Shown here: piece by piece, positions 12,239-25,701 of the stretch
Layout of the letters: each line of letters opens with the position of its first letter
How positions within the stretch are numbered: position 1 is the stretch's first letter
DNA from: Chiloscyllium plagiosum
Lineage: Eukaryota
Direction of reading: 5' to 3'
DNA: 64,000 nt
Assembly: GCF_004010195.1 (NCBI RefSeq)
Contig: NC_057758.1
Coordinates: 8,583,011 to 8,647,010, forward strand
Notes under the pieces: model-generated
Told to the model about the DNA's origin: nothing
What the model saw: the letters and a program-made list of their open reading frames with translations, nothing else
Databases searched by the model: none
Position numbers and translations under genes: made by a program

Positions 12239-15200
12239 CTTTTTTTTTAAATTTGTATATGAAGAATACACAAGTTAATGAAGAGATATAAGTTGGTCAA
12301 ATGAACAACAATATTGGTGTATGGAGCATAGAATGGAAATGTGTCTTTGTTGAATTATGTTGGAAGTTAAATGGAAACGCACGAATTATTAAAATGGAGA
12401 GATTGGATTGAGGCATAGAGGAATCAGGCACCTGGATCACACAAAAAGTGTCGTGTACATCAAAGTTTTAGAGAGGCCAGACAAATGTTGAAACTTTTTT
12501 GAAACAGAATTAATTCAGATGTAGGAAGAATTTTTTTACAGTTTTACAGGGTATTGGTGAGAGAACATCGAAAGAGCTATGGCCATAATGACATGCAAAG
12601 CAGTCCAGAGAGGATTCACTCTACTGACTCCTGTGAAGAATTGTATTTCATGAGGAAATATTGACCAGACTGGCCCTGGATCTCCTGGAGTTTAGCTGGA
12701 CAATATGTGATCATGTTTAACCTCAGGATATTCCGAATAGTCTTTTTAAGTTGAATTCTGAAATAATGCTTCAGTTTATATGAGAGATGACAAGAACTGG
12801 ATGGAAAGTAAAACTGAAGAATATCTCATTTCATAAGATGTGGGTTGTTCACCCCTCTGAAAGTGTTGTATGTTTGTGAAACTATCCTCCCAGAGAGAGA
12901 GATGAAGGCCACGAAATTGAATATTCCTAAGGCAGAGGCAGGCAGATTCTTGACTAAAAATGACACACTAACGTTGTATGGGCAAGGAAGGAACACTTAT
13001 ACCTGATGCGAGTTTCTACTGCAGCTACCGAAAAATTCGGAGACCATTCTCATGAACATGAAGGCTTTTCCTTTCATATTGATAGGCACAACCTTTCAAA
13101 TGTGTTTTTAAACAAGTGAAAAACTCCTTTGAAACTGCTTTAGAAATTAGATAATGTCGAATAGATGTCTTAATAGTGCAGCTTCCTTTCAGTTGTTGTT
13201 GTGAGGTGAGTTTCCTTCGAAAATCTGTTGACTATGTTTAATTTCCACTCATAATGTGTTAGTGAAATCCAGTGGTCCATTGGTGCAGGACCACTAACAT
13301 TTTTTCAGAGAGAGTTACAGGATTCTGAACAAGTGACAGTGAAGGGAAAATGGTTTTGATTCAAGTCGGGAAGCAATGTGACCTTGGAGATTATATTCTT
13401 CACCAATTGATGCTCACAAGCTGTGGAAATGGTGAGATATTTCTTGTTTTCAAGAATTAAAGTGATAGACTCTTATGTGGCACCCAAACAGGCCGTTTGG
13501 CGCAACATGTCTACACTAGCCAGAATACACCAAACTACATTAATGAAAGTTATCCCAAGGTGTATGGCCGACTCTGCTCTGGCATTTTGTGCTCATTCAG
13601 CTGCTGATTAAATGCTACATTAACTTGTGTTATTCGTGAGCTGGGCTGTCAGTTGGCCTTTTCTTTCAATGTATTCACGAAATGGTTTCTGCAAATGTAT
13701 CACACTACTTCAAAGTCCGCAACAAGCTCATCAGATCAGTAAACATGGTTGCATTGTTTAATTATTATGAGGAAATTGGATTTTTCAAAAATTCATTTGG
13801 GATTTTAATGGAGCTAGTCCAACATTAATTGCCGTTGAGAAGTTCCAGTCCAGATGGCGTTGGACCATCCAAGTGGCTGTTGGGAGGGAGTACCAGCTGT
13901 ACATCTCATGTGCCAGTTTAGCTGTGAGTAAGTATTACTGGTGATGGACGTCGAGTTAAACAAGCCGCTGGACTGTGATGAACAGCTGGCAGGAAAACGC
14001 AGTATAACTGACTGTCAAAGCGAATACGTGGCAAGCAATTTATTATTCTGCAGAGGAATAACAACCTTACAACTAGAAGTCTATATAAAATGAAGGAAAG
14101 TTTGTTTCTACGTTATTCGTGTCCTTAAACTAAGAGTGTCAAACAACTGGAGTAATGTTCGTGGGCTTATTGAACGAAACTTGCACTGAGCATGTGAATT
14201 ATCTTGGATATTTTCAGAGCTGGATTGGCTGTCCTCGGTTTTGTAAGTACAGATACTCCATGGTATGATGCTGATTTGTAATCTCCACACTTACTGAGCA
14301 CATTTCGATGGAACAAACCAACAATTACCATTGGGTGGTGCTTCCCAATATATCATGGATTCGTATCATAAAGAAAATGCCTATTAAATCTGGCACCATC
14401 AAGTGCTGATACAAGTGTTTTGCCAAGTTTGTACTCTTTCCTTCCTGAACCACCCTCACAGGCAATGCATTCCAGAAACATATCACCCTCTGGGTTCAAA
14501 ACAGATTTTACAAATCCTCACTCAATCTCTTGTCTTTCACTTTAAACATGTATCCCCCTTGAATTTAACCGTTTGACTAAGGGGAACAGCTGCTGTCTGT
14601 TCACTGTGTCTGGATCTCTCATGCTGTTATACGCCTCTGTCAGGTTCTCACCATAAACTTCTTTGCTCCAAAGTAAAGTTAAAGCAAATCTCGTCTATTT
14701 TCATTGTTTGAGTACTCCCTTCTTTTGTTATTCTTTCAAAGTGCAGCATCTCACCTAATGCAGTGTTAAGTATTTCAGTCGTTGATCTGGCCATCTGAAC
14801 AATCCGGTTGTACGCTCCTGTAACCTAACACTTTCGTCCTCACTCTGAACCATCGGAATAATCATTGTGTCATCCACAACATTGTTTATCATGATCTAAC
14901 CCCCACCCCCATCTCCCACATTCTTATCATCAACGTGTAAGAATATCAGAAACACAGCTTGATTTTCTACCTGTTGTTGCAGAGGAAGAATTGATAATTC
15001 CAGTCTATAGTTATCCCTCTTTTGGGGAATTTGCAGCATGGTGCAGGAAAGGGAGCTACGAAGAGTATTTTGGACATGCAACTGCATTCTGCTTTTATAC
15101 TCCGGCCCTTTGCATTTATTATTCATAAGGCTTGTACGTCATTAAACTTGGAGTCGCATTTGGCATTGTGCACTGCAACGTTTCCATTTTATGTGGGCCT

Positions 15201-16949
15201 GCAGCTCATTCTTTATAACATTAGCTGTAATCCCGTCAGAGTACAGGGAACCTTTTTTTTAATCTGCAGGATGGACGCAGGCTCATTCATGAAGTTTGTT
15301 TGAAAGAACTAAGGTGATGAGGATAAGGATTCAATTAAATTCTGCATTATAAGCATGCAGTGGAAGATCAAATTACATTCTCATTTCTACAATGAATTGG
15401 AAGCAAATTCCTAGAAAAAACAAAACACCTACCGTTCTGGATATTATTTAGTGACATAACGTGACATGACGTTGAGACAATGAATTGGAGAGAAAAGAAA
15501 ATGTCTGCACTTCATGGAGGTTCAGAAATGTAGCGTGGATGTACAATATGAACAAGAATCCTGTTAATAAAAGAAGTAAGAGAATAATTTTCCTCATATT
15601 CAAAGGAAACCAGATCCCGATTTTCCTTAACAGTGATGTTTGATTGGCCATCAATCTCAGTTTTCCAACTGCATTGTTTTCCCTGCCACAGATAGACCTT
15701 CTGACACACCACCTCTTCTTCTTATTCTTTCCTTACCCACCTACTTTCCTTGCATTTTCCCTTCTGCTGTGACATACCCCTGCACTGGCCATCTCCCTTC
15801 ACACATCTCGCACAGTATATCACACCAGTTCCCTATCACTCCCACTTTCCCTGACTCTCCTTTTCGCTTTTTGCTCTCACACTAAATGTTGGAAATTGCT
15901 GACTTCTGTGCTATTACTTGTCATCAGTGAATGGTGCGTTTGAAATGATCACTGTCCAACAGCAACAGAGAATAGAATGTTTGCCACAGTCTGATGCGCC
16001 ATGAGCAGGATGGCTTTGTTAGAAATTGGTAGAGTGGAGTTTCTCCCGGTTCCTTTATCACAACACTTCACCAAACAGCCTCATCACCAACATGACAAGC
16101 AACTTGGGACTGAATTGGAACTCCATGCATCAATTTTCTTTTGTATATTGTTAGGATATTGTTTAAGCAATCAGTATTCTTGCCTTTTGCTCCTTATTCT
16201 TTTAACTGATCTGCCAGTATAATTGGAAGTGAGATCAGAGAGACTTCCCTTTCAGTCGAAGCAGGACTTGACTGAGCGTGGAATCAAGGGCCCTGAGCAA
16301 AACTGTGATTAATGAGAATTAGAGAACATTCTGCACTAATAATGGGAACAATGGGAAAACAATCTCTACATGTTATCTTCCAAGTTACGTGCCATCCGGA
16401 CCAGAAACAAATTTGCTGTTCCTACACTACCAGCTGTTAAATCATCTTGGAATGTGCCTACAAGCAGCTGTGTGTGTGTGTGCATCACTTGGACAGAAGA
16501 GTTTCAAGGAGGCTGCTCTATGTCATCTTTTCCAGAGTGATTGCGTTTGACACGTAAAATCTGCCCATGCTAGTTCCTTCCGAAATCCATGGATGACTGT
16601 GCCCTTTACCAATCTATCTTATGTTTCCACAGTTTCATCTAAAGTTTCAGAAATGGAAGACCATGCTGAATGAGTATGACCCTAGTGATATTGTGGTCAT
16701 GTTTGGGGTCCTTACTTCAATCGGTTATTTATTGAGGATTGATCATGTGATTCGTGGCCACTGAATTCAACATTTTCATGGTGATTTATGACACGCAAAA
16801 TGCTATGAATATTTAGGACTCTGTTAAATAAAAAGTTTTTATTTTTTCATTCAATGACCATAACCAAATACATGAGAGTTAACTGAAATGGCAGCATCAC
16901 TGTTCCCTTTCATATCAGAAAAATATCCACATTTCAAAAGAAAAAAGAA

Positions 16950-17120
16950 TTTGGAAGTGCTGGAAAACTTCAACAAGTCCAGCAGCATCTGAGCAGAAAG
17001 AGAATTAACGTTCTGAGACCGATATGACTTTTTCAGAGCAGAATCATGTTCGTCTCAATATGTTAACTCTCTTTTACTCTCAAGATACTGATTCATCAGC
17101 TGTGTTTCACCAACATTTTC
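16950..17120. mobile_element. Degenerate palindromic repeat made of two inverted Penelope/MER6-like termini
   Basis: gtgctggaaaacttcaac...agcagcatctg...ttaacgtt is mirrored by tgttaactct...agatactg...tgtttcaccaacat. Confidence 0.5.
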
Positions 17121-17179
17121 CACTTGTATTTGAGATTTGCAAGTTCCCACGTATACGCTAACACAGTTACATATTTGGG

Positions 17180-17485
17180 TGGGTGCCACGGTGGCTCAGT
17201 GGCGAGCATTGCTGTCTCGAAGCACCTGGGAACCTGCGCTCAATTCCATCCTTGGGCCACCGCCTGGAGTGAGCTTTCATATTCTTCCCATGTCTGCAAG
17301 TATTTCGGCCAGGTGTTTCTGATTCCTCCTAAATGACCATGAAAAATTGTTCATGTGCAACTATTTGCTTTAACTATGGGAAATAGAGGAATCCTGTCGG
17401 AGGTGGATCTGCATGCAATGTTCTTCAGAGAATCAGTGTCAGCTCGATGGGCCGAATGTTTTACATTTCACTTTAGAATTGTATA
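17180..17485 (+). mobile_element. HE1-like tRNA-derived SINE
   Basis: cacggtggctcagtggcgagcattgctg A-box head; gctcgatgggccgaatg LINE-like tail. Confidence 0.65.
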
Positions 17486-17642
17486 TCATTATTATAACAA
17501 AGGCGGTGGTTACTGAGGCCAACATCTCGTATCAGCACGTAATGAGCTATATTTCTACTGATGTGTTCTGCATTCTTCCCATATACCTGCACATTGTGTT
17601 ATTCATGTCGTGGTTTTTAATTCTGAATATCCTGTGCATCGA

Positions 17643-19596
17643 TGAGCCAGGAGGGAACATGAGAAGTCGTTGGTAGATTGGGTCAAGCAAAACCCGAAGG
17701 CATTCGATAACTAAATAAAATGACTAGAGTAAGATTAGAGCCTATCAAGTGTAACAGTGGGAATTTGTGCTTGGAGTCAGAGGAGGTAGGGAAATCGAGA
17801 CCTGAATGTTTTCACCAGTATTCACACTAGAAAATAGCAAATGCTGTAGAGGTTAATCTTGAGGTACAGGGCAGTAGATTAGATAGGATAAAGGTTCACA
17901 AGGAAGGTTTTTAGCAATTCTGGAAAGTGTATAATAGATAACTCCCCTGTGCCAGATGGGAATTATCCTCGGATTCTCTGGGAAGCCAGGGAGGAGATTG
18001 CAAAGCCTTTGGCTTGAATATTTATGTTGTCATTGTCTACAGGAATAGTGCAGGAGGCTGGAGCATAACAAATATTGTTATCTTGTTCAAGAAGGGGAGT
18101 ATAGTCTAATTATAGACCAGTGAGCGTTACTTTGGTTGTGGGTAAAGTGTTGAAATTGTTAAAGAGATAGTGTTTATACACATCTAGAAAGGAATAATTT
18201 GATTAGCTATCGTCAACAAGGTTTGGTTAAGGGCTGGTCGTGCCTCACAAACCTTATTGATTTTTTTGGTTGTGGGTAAAGTGTTGAAATTGTTAAAGAG
18301 AGTGTTTATACTCATCTAGAAAGGAATAATTTGATTAGCTATCGTCAACAAGGTTTGGTTAAGGGCTGGTCGTGCCTCACAAACCTTATTGATTTTTTTG
18401 AGAAGGTGACCAAACATGTAGATGCGGGTAAAATTGTTGACGTAGTGTATATGACATTCAGTAAAGCGTTTGGTAAGGTTCCCCACGATAGGCGATTGCA
18501 AAAAAATACGGAGACATGGGATTGTGGGTAATTTAGCGGTTCGGATCAGGATTGGCTAGCTGAAATAAGACAGAGTGTGGTTGCTGAAGGGAAATGATCA
18601 TCCTGGAGCTCAGTTCCTAGTGTTGTACCGTCAGGATCTGTTTTGGGCCCACTGTTGTTTGTCATATTTATAAACGATCAGGATGATGACGTAGAAGGAT
18701 GGGTTTCGTAAATTTGCAGATGACACTAAGGTCGCTAGAGTTGTGGATAGTGCCAAACGAGATTGTGGGTTTCAATAGGACAGAGATAATTTGGAGACTG
18801 GGTTGTGAGGTTGCAAATGGAATACAATGCGGAACAATGTCAGGTGATTCACTTTGGATGGAGCAACAGGAATGCAGAGGATTCGTCTCTTGGTAGTGTC
18901 AATGAGAAGAGATTCCTCAGTCCTCATGTACATAGATCCCTGAAAGTTGTTACACAGTTTGATAGGGTTGTTCAGGAGACATATGTTGCGTTTGCTTTTA
19001 TTAGTAGAGGGATTGAGTTTCGGAAACATTGTGTCATGTTGCAGCTGTACAAAACCCTGGTGCAGCCACACTTGGACAATTAAATGCAGTCCTGGTCACC
19101 TCATTCATGGAAGGATGTGGAATCTTTGGAAAGGGTTCAGATGAGCTTGACAAGCTTATTGCGTGGTATGGAGGTAGGGTATTACGAGGAAAGGCTGAGG
19201 GACTTAAGGCTGTTTTGATTTGAGAGAATGTTGAGAGGGTGACTTAATTCAGACATATAATATAATTAGAGATTAGATAGGCTGGATAGCGAGAGCCTTT
19301 TTTCTTGGATGGCAATGACTAGAACGAGGATACGTCGCTTAAAATTGAGATATAATGGATACAGGACAGATGTCAGAGGTCGTTTCTTTACTCAAAGAGT
19401 AGCGGGGTGTGGAACGCACTGCCTGCAACAGAAGTTGACTCGCCAACATTAATGACATTTAAGTGGTCATTGGATAGGCATATGAATGAAAAATCGAGTA
19501 GTGTAGGTTAGATGGGCTTCAGATTGGTTTCATAGGTTGTCACAACATTGAGGGCAGAAGGGTCAGTACTGCGCTGTAATGTACTATGTTCTATAT
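17643..19596 (+). mobile_element. 5'-truncated CR1/HER1 LINE (RT domain to 3' tail), pseudogenised
   Basis: QGLVKGWSCLTNLIDFFEKVTKHVDAGKIVDVVYMTFSKAFGKVPH, aaatttgcagatgacactaag (KFADDTK) and LQLYKTLVQPHL; tail gtaatgtactatgttctatat. Confidence 0.9.
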
Positions 19597-19694
19597 GTGC
19601 ACAACCCCGTCGAACTGTATATCCTCTGATTAAATACTTATGCAGCATACTATTCTTTCCGTTTGATATTGCCCTGTTCACATCATCGAATGCA

Positions 19695-19980
19695 TATCGT
19701 GTGGAAAAAGGTCTTTGGAAGAGTAACCAACACACACCCATTCTTCTACCCCCGATATTGACCCCTCACGAATGTGCCTAACCTACACATCGGTGAACAC
19801 AATGAGAAGATTAGCGTGGCCAATTCACATAATCTGCACATTTTTGAACTGTGGGATGAAATACGCACAGACCTGGGGAGAATATGCAAACTCCACACAG
19901 AGAATCGCCTGAGGTTGCAATCGAACCAGACCCCAAGCACTGTGAAAGTGTAACGCTAAGTCCTGACCCACAGAGCCACA
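19695..19980 (-). mobile_element. HE1-like SINE
   Basis: ggggagaatatgcaaactccacacag is the reverse complement of the ctgtgtggagtttgcacattctcccc core seen at 27660 and 40450. Confidence 0.75.
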
Positions 19981-20878
19981 TCCGCAATCAGCATTCTATC
20001 TCAGATTCGTTGCTCTGTTTTGCATTTCATTCTGTCTGCCAGAAAGCGTGATGGTGATTGGGGAATTTTCATTGTATGCCCCTCAAATCTCCACAACCTC
20101 TGCTCCCATTCCTTTCTGTCTCCTAACTCATGTCATTTTCATTCGTCCCTGGCTCATTAATCCATTGGTTTTAACGAACAAGGTCTTTGTACATGGCATT
20201 TTTTCTTGCACTGAAGTAAAAAAAAAGTAAATCTCACTGTTTTAAAGCGAATAAAACAGCATTAAGACGCTTGCCAATTTAAAAAAAAAACTGAAGAGCA
20301 ACTCGTGTGTGGACATTTCAGCGCCTTCAGACAGCAGTCAGAGTCATGTCCAGACCTATCCAAGCATCCTCTCTAAGGCCAGGGCAGCTCTGCCCAGGGA
20401 CAATCTTTTGGTTGGCAGTTTTTCTAGCTGAGGAGAGAACAGCACAATAACAACAACTTGATTGTGTGATTTTTGGGGCTGCAAGCCCTCACAACATTGT
20501 ACATGAACAACACAGCAAAATCATCTAACCTGCAAAAAGAAAACATCCATCAATTCCCCCCACCCCTCCCTCACCCCCACCTCAGCACTGATTAACTAAT
20601 GATCGGAGACCAATACCTAGTGATGTCGACATCCAATCCACTCCCGTTGTTAATGTGAGCTGAAAATGTTGTCATGAATGGGGTTAACTGGAACTGTTTG
20701 TTCAGTAACTGTGATTGATGTCAGTCTCCATGGACTCTAACTGTATCAATATAGGCTTTCTCTTTCCTATTAGTAAGGGACTTCTTTCGGTGCTTTATCC
20801 CATGATAGCAGCAGATTCATCACCTCCAACACGAACGGAGTCAGTAGCTACAGAGACAGGGAGAGGAGATATCAGAAT

Positions 20879-21167
20879 ATGAGAACAACAGACTTGAATG
20901 TTCCTGTAATGGATCATAACCTGATAACTTTAGACTGGAATGTTACAGCAATGGATCATAATCTAAGAACATCAGACTGGAATATTCCAATAATCGATCA
21001 GAATCTGAGAACAATAGACTGGAATGTTACAACAAGGCACAGGAGTTTATCCGATGGTCTTTTCTGGTTTTCCTGGTCTGGGTCAACATTATCATTGCAA
21101 ATATTCGGTGTACTGATGATTATTCAGGCAGGTTATTATCCCACCCTCGCTATTGTTGGTGTTCCTG
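20879..21167 (+). CDS. Exon 1 of GPR139-like GPCR gene B (long repeat-containing N-terminus plus start of TM1); exon 2 not found
   Basis: 96 codons ending IQAGYYPTLAIVGVP + G|gtaagt; same motif and phase-1 donor as exon 1 of gene A (YYPILAAIGVP + G|gtgagt). Confidence 0.85.
20891..21037 (+). repeat. Coding 42-nt (2 x 21-nt) tandem repeat, about 3.5 units
   Basis: gactKgaatRtt recurs at 20891, 20933, 20975 and 21017. Confidence 0.9.
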
Positions 21168-21589
21168 GTAAGTTTTTCAATCTCTATCTATTTATTACTT
21201 ACATAAACCATGTTGAACTTCATTGCCTTTTTTGTTGTCTATATCTGGTAAAGACAGAAACTATTGCATTTAGTTCCATTATAAATTCCATTCATTATCC
21301 ACAAATTCAAGACCCCTCCCTCACAAACATCTGAAATAAAACTGTGAGGATACTTTTTGAATTGAACTGATGTATGTCTTGGTTTTGTCTCCATCAGCAA
21401 ACCTGCCCATTTCCAGCTTCATAATACACTGAGTCACCACCACTGTGTCAGTGCTGTTGCTGAATAAAAAATTGCCTATGCCTTGCTAAAGGTCATACTT
21501 TACAGTTACAGTTGTCTTCTGGCCACTGCTCCAGTTACGAATAAATCGATTACAAACTGGTAATGGCTCTAAAGTAAGTTCATGATAGG

Positions 21590-21860
21590 AACACCGTGTC
21601 AGAGTAGTAATGTCGCTGGATGGGTAATTCAGAGGCACAGGTTAGAATACTAAAGATACTGTCTCAAATCCTACCACAGCTGATCGTGAACTTTAATTCA
21701 ATGATAAGAATCGAAATGGATTGAGAGTGACTTCAGACCCACAACAATGTGCTTGGCTCTGTACTGCCTTGTGGAATGTTCACAATTAAGGACAATTAGT
21801 GATGGTCATCAAATGCTGCCCTTCACAGTGATGCTGATATCCCATGAAATACCAAAAAGA
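21590..21860 (+). mobile_element. Deu-domain SINE, internally deleted
   Basis: agtagtaatgtcgctgga head; gtgacttcagacccacaacaatgtg and ggacaattagtgatggtcatcaaatgctg tail. Confidence 0.55.
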
Positions 21861-22027
21861 AACATTAAATCAAACAAAGGAAGCTACTGAAAATCTGAAA
21901 CACAAAGAAGCAAAGTGCGGGGGAAACTGAACAGGTTTGGCAGCTTCTGTTGAGAGAAAAAACAGAATTAACGTTTTCATTCCACTCATCATGCATTAGA
22001 TCTGAAAGCAGCTGGAAAATATTGTAT

Positions 22028-22205
22028 CACTCACCTATTGTACTCTATGCTACTTTCTCCCCACCCCCACCCCCCTCCAGCTTATCTCTCCATGCTTCAG
22101 GCTCTCTGCCTTTATTCTGGATGAAGGGCTTTTGCCCGAAACGTCGATTTCCCTGCTCCTTGGATGCTGCCTGAACTGCTGTGCTCTTCCAGCACCACTC
22201 ATCCA
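22028..22205 (+). mobile_element. Penelope-like terminal fragment
   Basis: gatgaagggcttttgcccgaaacgtcgattt...ctgctgtgctcttccagcacc, the reverse complement of the termini at 27380 and 57600. Confidence 0.7.
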
Positions 22206-22449
22206 AAATATTGCAATTTGTTTAGTGCAGTGAGTTGAATATGTGGAGGAATGGAGATATAGAGAAAAAGATTCAAAAAAAGCAATTGTTGATAATCAGC
22301 GAGGATGGAAATAAAATGTGATATTAATCTCGGTGTTTTTCATTTTTTCCCCATATTCCTGAGTATTATGCCCATGTAGATATCTATCCAATCCCCTTTT
22401 TAAAATGAGGTATGTTTCCTCTGTCTCTCTTCCCTGAGTGTGGTCATCT

Positions 22450-22932
22450 TCTTTCATTCATTAATGCGACATGGGTGTGACTGGCTGGGCCAATATATAT
22501 TTCCCTTTCCGGGTTGCCCATGAGAAGGTGTTGGTGAGCTGCCTTCTTGAACAATAGCAGTTCACATGCTGTTGGCTGCCAGTGCTTAGATCTGTTTGGT
22601 TTCATTTCTTTGAGACCTTGTAGTGATATAACTGAATGCTGGCTTGGTGATTTCAAAGGGCAGTTGAGGTTAATCACATTGCTTTGGGTCTGGTCTCACA
22701 TGTAGGCTTGACCACATGAAGATGACAGATTTCCCTCACGAAGGACACAATTAGTTAGGTGTTTGTTTTTATTTGACAATTGACAAACTTTCGTTAGATT
22801 GTTAATCCAAATTCTCAATTGAATTCAAATTCCACCATCTGATGAGGCGGGACTCAAGCCCTGGTCTGAGTCACGAGCTGGGTCCCTGCATTAATAGACT
22901 GGAGATAATAGTACTAGACCATCGCATCCTCC
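22450..22932 (-). mobile_element. Deu-domain SINE, near full length
   Basis: gaattcaaattccaccatctg, gggcagttgaggttaatcacattgc and gagctgccttcttgaac motifs. Confidence 0.65.
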
Positions 22933-23529
22933 ATTGTCAACTACTTCTATGGAGAACAAAACTGGTAATGTTTCAGGTCACAGGGACTGTGCGGAGCTGC
23001 AATGGTTTTTCAGCCAGGAATAGAAACTGAGGCGAGAAAGCAATTTGTTAACTCTGAGTGGGTGTGACATATATACAGAGATTTGACTTGTTCTCATCAC
23101 TGGAAAGTCAGAGGAGGTTCCCTGGATGGTTTTCTTGGCTTTGTGTTATCAGCTACTGCAATGATGTACGGAAACCTGAGGGACTGGTGTCCCCACTCTG
23201 GACAAGGTTCGGGCACTGCATTTTGGAGAGAGTATGGGTCTGCAGAGACTGCATAGGAAGGAGCAGGACACTGCACTATCCATTCTGAGATTTCCACAAA
23301 TATTTCTCAATGTTGTACCTTTTCCGTGTGCAATGTGTGAAGACATTTAATTTCAGCAATGACGTCACAGAGCTGTGAAACCTCCATCAGCACAAACTGT
23401 AGTCTCACACCAGGGAGAGGACTGTACTCAAAATGCCCATCAACTGTTTTGATTCTGGATCTTTTCAGGCAGGAGTGGGTGAAGTATCCATTTTGAGAGA
23501 GTGCAATCCTCTCATGTACTCACAAGGTG

Positions 23530-24029
23530 NNNNNNNNNNNNNNNNNNNNNNNNNNNNNNNNNNNNNNNNNNNNNNNNNNNNNNNNNNNNNNNNNNNNNNN
23601 NNNNNNNNNNNNNNNNNNNNNNNNNNNNNNNNNNNNNNNNNNNNNNNNNNNNNNNNNNNNNNNNNNNNNNNNNNNNNNNNNNNNNNNNNNNNNNNNNNNN
23701 NNNNNNNNNNNNNNNNNNNNNNNNNNNNNNNNNNNNNNNNNNNNNNNNNNNNNNNNNNNNNNNNNNNNNNNNNNNNNNNNNNNNNNNNNNNNNNNNNNNN
23801 NNNNNNNNNNNNNNNNNNNNNNNNNNNNNNNNNNNNNNNNNNNNNNNNNNNNNNNNNNNNNNNNNNNNNNNNNNNNNNNNNNNNNNNNNNNNNNNNNNNN
23901 NNNNNNNNNNNNNNNNNNNNNNNNNNNNNNNNNNNNNNNNNNNNNNNNNNNNNNNNNNNNNNNNNNNNNNNNNNNNNNNNNNNNNNNNNNNNNNNNNNNN
24001 NNNNNNNNNNNNNNNNNNNNNNNNNNNNN
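23530..24029. other. Assembly gap, exactly 500 N
   Basis: N run. Confidence 0.99.
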
Positions 24030-25433
24030 TTATTGATTTCCGTGTCAAATCATGGAAGATTTCTCTTCATTAGGCAATTCCTCTCACCAAAATACTTTAA
24101 TTGAGAGGTCATGTAGTATCTCGTTGTGTCTTTACCTTTTTTGAATCTGTCCTGCCCTTGATAGTTTTGTTTTTTTCCTGGCTAGTCCACCCAATCCAAC
24201 TCCTTCATTAGCCCAATATAATTATCATTGCTCAACACTGAAACCGTCATATGTGACTCTGTGCTTATACATTCAATCTGAGTTGAAAACTACAGCGTGT
24301 TGCTGTCACTGCGTCCAAGAGGATCCTTAACTGCAAGTTCATTTATCAATCCTTCCATGTCACATAATATCAAATCTGAAGTAAACCGTTCTCTGGTTGA
24401 ATCCATGACATGTTGCTGTCAAAAATATCCTTCTGACCGTCTAAGAATTGTTCTTCGAGGCTACCTTTGACAAGTTGATTAATTGAGTCAATATGCACGT
24501 TCATCCAACTGTTGTGCCCTTGTCACCAGCCGTCATTATTTCCGAACTCAGAAATGTGTCGGGAGAACAGCGGCTGAACTTTACTCTTCCCAAGAGGTTT
24601 CTTCTCTTGCTTTTTGTTTTTGCCTGGACTGATTTACATGCCGTTCCCTCGTGCCAATATAATTTCCGAATGCGGCCTTGATATCATACTGAACCAATAC
24701 ATCAATTCCACCTCTTGCTTCTCCTTGTCTAACTTTCGGGAATAGTGGTTGCCCTTGGACATGCCACTGACCAGTCCTGATCTCCCTGAAACCATGTTTC
24801 AGCAATCTGCATCAGGTCATACCTATTTGTCTCTTTACCTATTGTCAGCTCATCAATATTTTTCCAAAGACTTTGTACTTTTAGGTCCAAAACTTTAAAA
24901 TAGGTTTTATTGGTTTGTCTTTCCCTTCTAATACTTTTTGTGCTCTAGCTTCCTGATCTCGCACACTTCACTCCCCACATCACCAACAATGTCCAACCTT
25001 ATTTGTTTATCACTGATAATTATGCGCCTCATCTCTATCATTTATTCCAATTTCCAACTCACATTTTGAATTGACATGTTCCATTCTTCATCATGGTCAT
25101 GAGACTGGCCATGCCTGCTGTCCTATTCACCTCTACCTTCTGCTCAGTTTCTGACCTGCTGCTTTGGTTCCCAGCCTCCTGGTTTATCAGTGTAAATCCA
25201 CCCAATGTCCACTAGCAAACCGCCCCACAAAGATGTTGGTGCTCCTCCAGTTAAGATACAACCTGTCCATTTTTGAAAGCTCACTCGCCCTGGAAGAGAA
25301 CCTAATGATCCCAAAATTGAGTCCCTCACCCCTGTACTAGTTCTTTAACCACATGTTAAACTATACCACCTTCCTAATCATTACCTCTTTTCCACGTGGC
25401 CCTAGGCGTAATTCAGCCGTTTCAGCGAATTGT

Positions 25434-25466
<33 letters not shown>

Positions 25467-25522
25467 TACACATGCACACGTGCACACACAGACATACTTA
25501 TACACACAAATGCACACATGAG

Positions 25523-25553
<31 letters not shown>

Positions 25554-25670
25554 ACAAACACACATCACATTACTTTGTCGAAGAATACCAATAACCTTTT
25601 CAATAATCAGAATGACGATTGGATGGAACGAAATGGTTAAATGCAGGATGCGAACAATTAGGGCCATGAG

Positions 25671-25701
<31 letters not shown>

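Larger units (their letters stand above)
7870..13744 (-). repeat. Segmental duplication copy 2 (right arm, inverted)
   Basis: Starts ttgttttcgcaattgggatacaag (reverse complement of ~6945-6969) and ends tcagatcagtaaac (reverse complement of 1088-1101); scattered substitutions and small indels. Confidence 0.95.

Noticed and set aside
20891..21037. Regularly spaced repeats resembling a CRISPR array
   Set aside because: Eukaryotic context; the intervening sequence is itself repeated and the array is an in-frame coding repeat
21398..21432. ccatcag|CA AAC CTG would give GVP-A-N-L after exon B
   Set aside because: Similarity ends after three residues and a stop follows (ANLPISSFIIH*); likely chance
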